DNA from: the human T2T-CHM13v2.0 reference genome, Homo sapiens
Strand: one strand, 5' to 3'
Assembly (NCBI RefSeq): GCF_009914755.1
Contig: NC_060926.1
Length of the DNA stretch: 64,000 nucleotides
A program made the translations under genes and the position numbers. Below, in pieces: positions 59,681 to 64,000 of this stretch (position 1 is the stretch's first letter; every line of letters begins with the position of its first letter). The notes beneath the pieces are model-generated. The model worked only from the letters and a program-made list of their open reading frames with translations, searched no databases and was not told where the DNA came from.

Positions 59681-61721
59681 TTACTGGGAGACTTCTTATT
59701 ATGACTTTGATCTCATTACTTGTTATTGGTCTGTTCAGGTTTTGGATTTCTTTCTGGTTCAATCTTGGTAGGTTGTAAGTGTCTAGAAATTTGTTCATTT
59801 TTCTACATTTTCCAATTTATTGGCATGTAATTGGTCATAGCAGCCACTAATGATCCTTTGAATTTCTGCAGTATCAGTTGTAATGTCACCTTTTTTTATT
59901 TCTGATCTTACTTATTGGGATCTTCTCTCTTTTTTCTTCATTACTCTGGCTAAAATTTGTCACTTTTGTTTAACTTTTCAAAAAACCAACTTTTTGTTTC
60001 ATTGGTCTTTTCTATTGTCTTCTTCGTTACAATTTCATTTATTTCTGCTCTGATCTATATTATTTTTCTTCTACTAATTTTGGATTTGGCTTACTCTTGA
60101 TTTTCCAGTTCTTTAAGAAGCATCATTAGATTGTTTATTTGAAGTTCTTCTTTTTTCATGTAGGCACTTATAGCTATAAACGTCCCTCTTGGTACCGCTT
60201 TTGCTGTATCCCATAGGGTTTGGTATATTGTGTTTTCATTATGATTTGCTCAAGAAATTTTTCAATCTTCTTCTTAATTTCTTCATTGACTCCTGGTCAT
60301 TCGGAGCGTATTGTTTACTTTCCACCTATTTGTATAGGTCCAAAATTCCTCCTGTTATTAATTTCTAATTTTATTCCTTTGTGGTCAGAGAAGATACTTG
60401 ATATTATTTCAATTTTAAAAATGTTTTCAGGCTTGTCTTGTGACCTAACATATCGGCTTTCCCTGAGAATAATTCATGTGCTGAGGAAAAGAATGTGCAT
60501 TCTGTAGCCATTGGATGAAATGTTCTGTATTTATCTATTAGATCCATTTGCTCTATAATGCAGATTAAGTCTGATGTTTCTTTGTTGATTTTCTGTCTGG
60601 AAGATCTGTCCAATGTCGAAGTAGGGTGTTGAAGTCTCCAGCTATTATTGTATTGGAGCCTATCCTAGCTCTAACAGTATTTGCTTTATATGCATTGGGT
60701 GCATATATATTTATAATTGTTATATTTTCTTGCTGAATTGACCCGTTTATCATTATATACTGACCTTCCTTGTCTCTTATAGTTTCAGTCTTGAAATCTA
60801 TTTTGTGTGATGTAAGTATAGCAACTGCTGCTCTTTTTTTGTTTCTATAGGCATGGAATATCTGTTTTCATCCCTTTATTTTTCATCTATGTGTGTCTTT
60901 ACAGGGAATATGTGTTTCTTATAAGCAATGGATCAATGGGTCATGTTTTTCCTTCATTCAGCCAGTCTATGTCTTTTGATTGGAGAGTTAAGTTTATTTA
61001 CATTCAATGTTATTATTTAGAACTAAGCACTTACTCCTGCCATTTTGTTATTTGCTTTCTGGTTGTTTTGTGGTCTTCCCTTCCTTCTTTCTTTCCTGTC
61101 TTCCAGTAGTAAAGGTGATTTTCCTTGGTGATATTACTTAGTTTTGTGTGTGTGTGTGTGTCTTCGTTGTATGTTTTTGGTTTGAGATCACCATGAGGCT
61201 TGCAAATACTGTTTTATATGTTATGTTAACCTGATAACAACTTAACACTGTTTGCATAAACAAACAAAGGAAGAGAAAACTAATAAAAACTCTATGCTTT
61301 AACTTCATCCCCCAAATTTTAAACTTTTTGTTGTTTCTAGATATATCTTATTGTACCGTGTCTTGAAATGTTGCTGCAGTTACTATTTTTGTTATTGTTT
61401 CATCATTTAGTCTTTATACTTAGGACAAGAGTACAAGAGTCATTTACACACCACAGTTACAGTGTTATAATATTCTGATTTTTTGTGACTTACCAGTGAG
61501 TTTGTAGCTTCAGGTGATCATTTATTGCTCACTAATGTTGTTTCTTTTCTGACTGAAGTATTCCCCTCAGCATTTCTTGTAGGACAGGTCTGGTGATGAT
61601 GAAATCCCTCGGCTTTCATTTTTTTAGGAAAGGCTTTATTTCTCTTTCGTGTTTGATGGTGGATATTTTCACCAGACAAACTATTCTAGGGTAAAAGTTT
61701 TTTTTTTTTTTCTTCAACACT

Positions 61722-62408
61722 TTAAATGTCATGCCACTCTCTCCTGGCCTGTAAGTTTTCCATGGAAAAGTCTCCTGGCAGATGTATTGAAGCTCCATTG
61801 TATGTTATTTGTTTCTTTACTGTTGTTGCTTTTAGGATCCTTTCTTTATCCTTGACCTTTGGGAGTTTGATTATTAAATGCCTTGAGATAGTCTTCTTTG
61901 GATTAACTCTGCTAGGTGTACTGTAACATTCTTGTACTTGGATATTGATGTCTTTCTCTAAGTTTGGGAAATTCTCTGTTATTATCTCTTTGAATACATT
62001 TTCTACCCATATCTCTTTCTCCACATCCTCTTTTAGGCCAATAACTGTTAGAGTTGCCTTTTGGGGACTATTTTTTAGATCCTGTAGGCATACTTGTTTT
62101 TTGTTATTTTTTTCTTTTGTCTCCTCTGACCGTGTATTTTCAAATACCCTGTCTTCAAGCTCACTAATTCCTTCCTTTGCTTGATCAATTCTAATATTAA
62201 AGGACTCTAATGCATTCTTCAGTATGTCAGTTGCATTTTTCAGCACCAGAATTTCTGCTTGATTCTTTTTAATTATTTCAATCTCTTTGTTAAATTTATC
62301 TGATAGAATTCTGAATTCTTTCTCTCTGTTATCTTGAATTTCTTTGGGTTTCCTCAACACAGCTATTTTGAATTCTCTGTCTGAAAGGTCACTATCTTTG
62401 TTTCTCAA
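61722..62408 (-). pseudogene. L1 ORF1p remnant (228 aa open stretch)
   Basis: Coiled coil (RIDQAKEGISELEDR), IITENFPNL, RHLIIKL, KERILKA, LQARREW. Confidence 0.9.
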
Positions 62409-62715
62409 GGATTGGTTTCTGGTGCCTTATTTAGTTCATTTACTGAGGTCGTGTTTTCCTGGATGGTGTTAATGCTAGTACGTGTTCTTCAGTGTCTGGA
62501 AATTGAAGAATTAGGTATTTATTGTAGTCTTCACTGTTGGGGCTTGTTTGTAGCTATCCTTCTTCAAAAGGCTTTCCAGATATTTGAAAGGACTTGGGTG
62601 TTGTAATCTAAGCTGTGTCTGCTTGAGGGAGCACCCCAAGCCCAGTAACACTGTGGTTTTTGCAGACTCATAGAGGTACCTCCTTGATGGACTTGGTTAA
62701 TATCCAGAAGAATTC

Positions 62716-63565
62716 TATTATATTCATCTATATGTCTATTCTTATTACATTACCACACTGTTTTGATAATTGTAGCTTTGTAGTAAGTTTTCAAATGGGA
62801 AAATGTGAGTGCTGCAACTTTGTTTTTCCTTTTCAATATTGTTTGGGCTACTTAAGGCCCCTTGCAATTCCATGTGAATTTTAGGATTAGCTTGTCAACT
62901 TTTATAAAAGACAGTTGTAGTTTGGACAGGGATTGTATTGAATCTGTACATCAATTTGGGGAGTATTGCCATCTTAATAATAGTAAGTTTTCAGATTCAT
63001 GAACACATGATGCCTTGCCATTTACATAGGTCTTAAATTTCTTTCAGCAATGTTTTTCAGTTTTCAGCATGAGTCTTGCATGTCTTTGATTCAATTTATT
63101 TCTACATATTTTATCATTTGCAATGCTATTATACATGGAATTGTTTTCTTTTTCATTTTTTGATTGTCCATTGCAAGTACATAGGAATACAACTGATTTT
63201 TGTGGGTTGATCATGTATCCTGTGACTTTGTTAATCTCATTTATTAGTTCTAATCATATTTTGTCAATTCTTTAAGATTTTTATATAAGATAATTTGATC
63301 TATGAATACAGATAGTTTTACTTCTTCCTTTCCAACCTGGATACATTTTATCTCCTTTTCTTGACTAATTTCCCTGGTTTGAAATTTCAGTACAATATCA
63401 AATTGAAGTGGCAAGATCAGACATACTTACTTTATTTCTAATCTTAGCAGGAAAGTTTTCAGGCTTTCAGCATGGAGTATGATGTTAGCTATGGGTTTTT
63501 CATATGCCCTTCATCAGGTTGAAGACGTTTTCTTCTATTCCTAGTTTGTTTAATGTTTTTATTTT
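62716..63565 (-). mobile_element. Older L1M ORF2 fragment
   Basis: Diverged paralog of the ORF2 region at about 58080-58910; abrupt junction with the L1MA 5' region. Confidence 0.75.
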
Positions 63566-63573
63566 TTTAAGTT

Positions 63574-64000
63574 CTTTTTTTATTATTATACTTTAAGTTT
63601 TAAGGTACATGTGCACAACATGCAGGTTAGTTACATATGTATACATGTGCCATGTTGGTGTGCTGCACCATTAACTTGTCATTTAACATTAGGTATATCT
63701 CCTAATGCTATCCCTCCCCACTCCCTCCACCCCACAACAGGCCCCGGTGTGTTATGTTCCCCTTCCTGTGTCCGTGTGTTCTCATTGTTCAATTCCCACC
63801 TATGAGTTAGAACATGCGGTGTTTGTTTTTTTGTCCTTGCAATAGTTTGCTGAGAATGATGGTTTCCAGCTTCATCCATGTCCCTACAAAGGACATGAAA
63901 TCATCATCTTTTATGGCTGCATAGTATTCCATGGTGTGTATGTGCCACATTTTCTTAATCCAGTCAATCATTGTTGGACATTTGGGTTGGTTCCAAGTCT
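63574..64000 (-). mobile_element. L1PA (about PA4-PA6) 3' end, continues beyond the window
   Basis: ttattattatactttaagtttt...catgtgcacaac...aatgctatccctcccc; ORF2 C-terminal sequence. Confidence 0.9.

Overview
Human (primate) genomic DNA. Positions 1-17 kb hold the 5' part of SUCLG1 (succinate-CoA ligase alpha subunit) on the minus strand: coding exons 1-3 at 16870-16966, 7346-7449 and 984-1100, with exon 4 onward lying left of the window. Its CpG-island promoter looks bidirectional, with a ZNF143/THAP11-type motif and a plus-strand splice donor. The remaining 47 kb has no recognisable host coding exon and consists mostly of transposable elements. These include several solo LTRs and a MER41A-flanked non-autonomous ERV1 provirus (22104-35167, minus) whose 5' LTR was split by a younger env-less betaretroviral provirus (HERV-K14/HML-1-like, 28457-35126, decayed gag-dut-pro-pol). 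There are also many Alus (one AluYg6-like), a young L1 stub and a near full-length L1MA. The most unusual observation is the region that should carry env in the nested betaretrovirus. It is a mosaic of a second, divergent integrase C-terminal fragment plus about 220 bp of MER41-type (class I) 3' sequence, including a SPRE-like motif, a polypurine tract and the start of an LTR. Repeat subfamily names come from recalled consensus sequences, and percent identities are hand counts.
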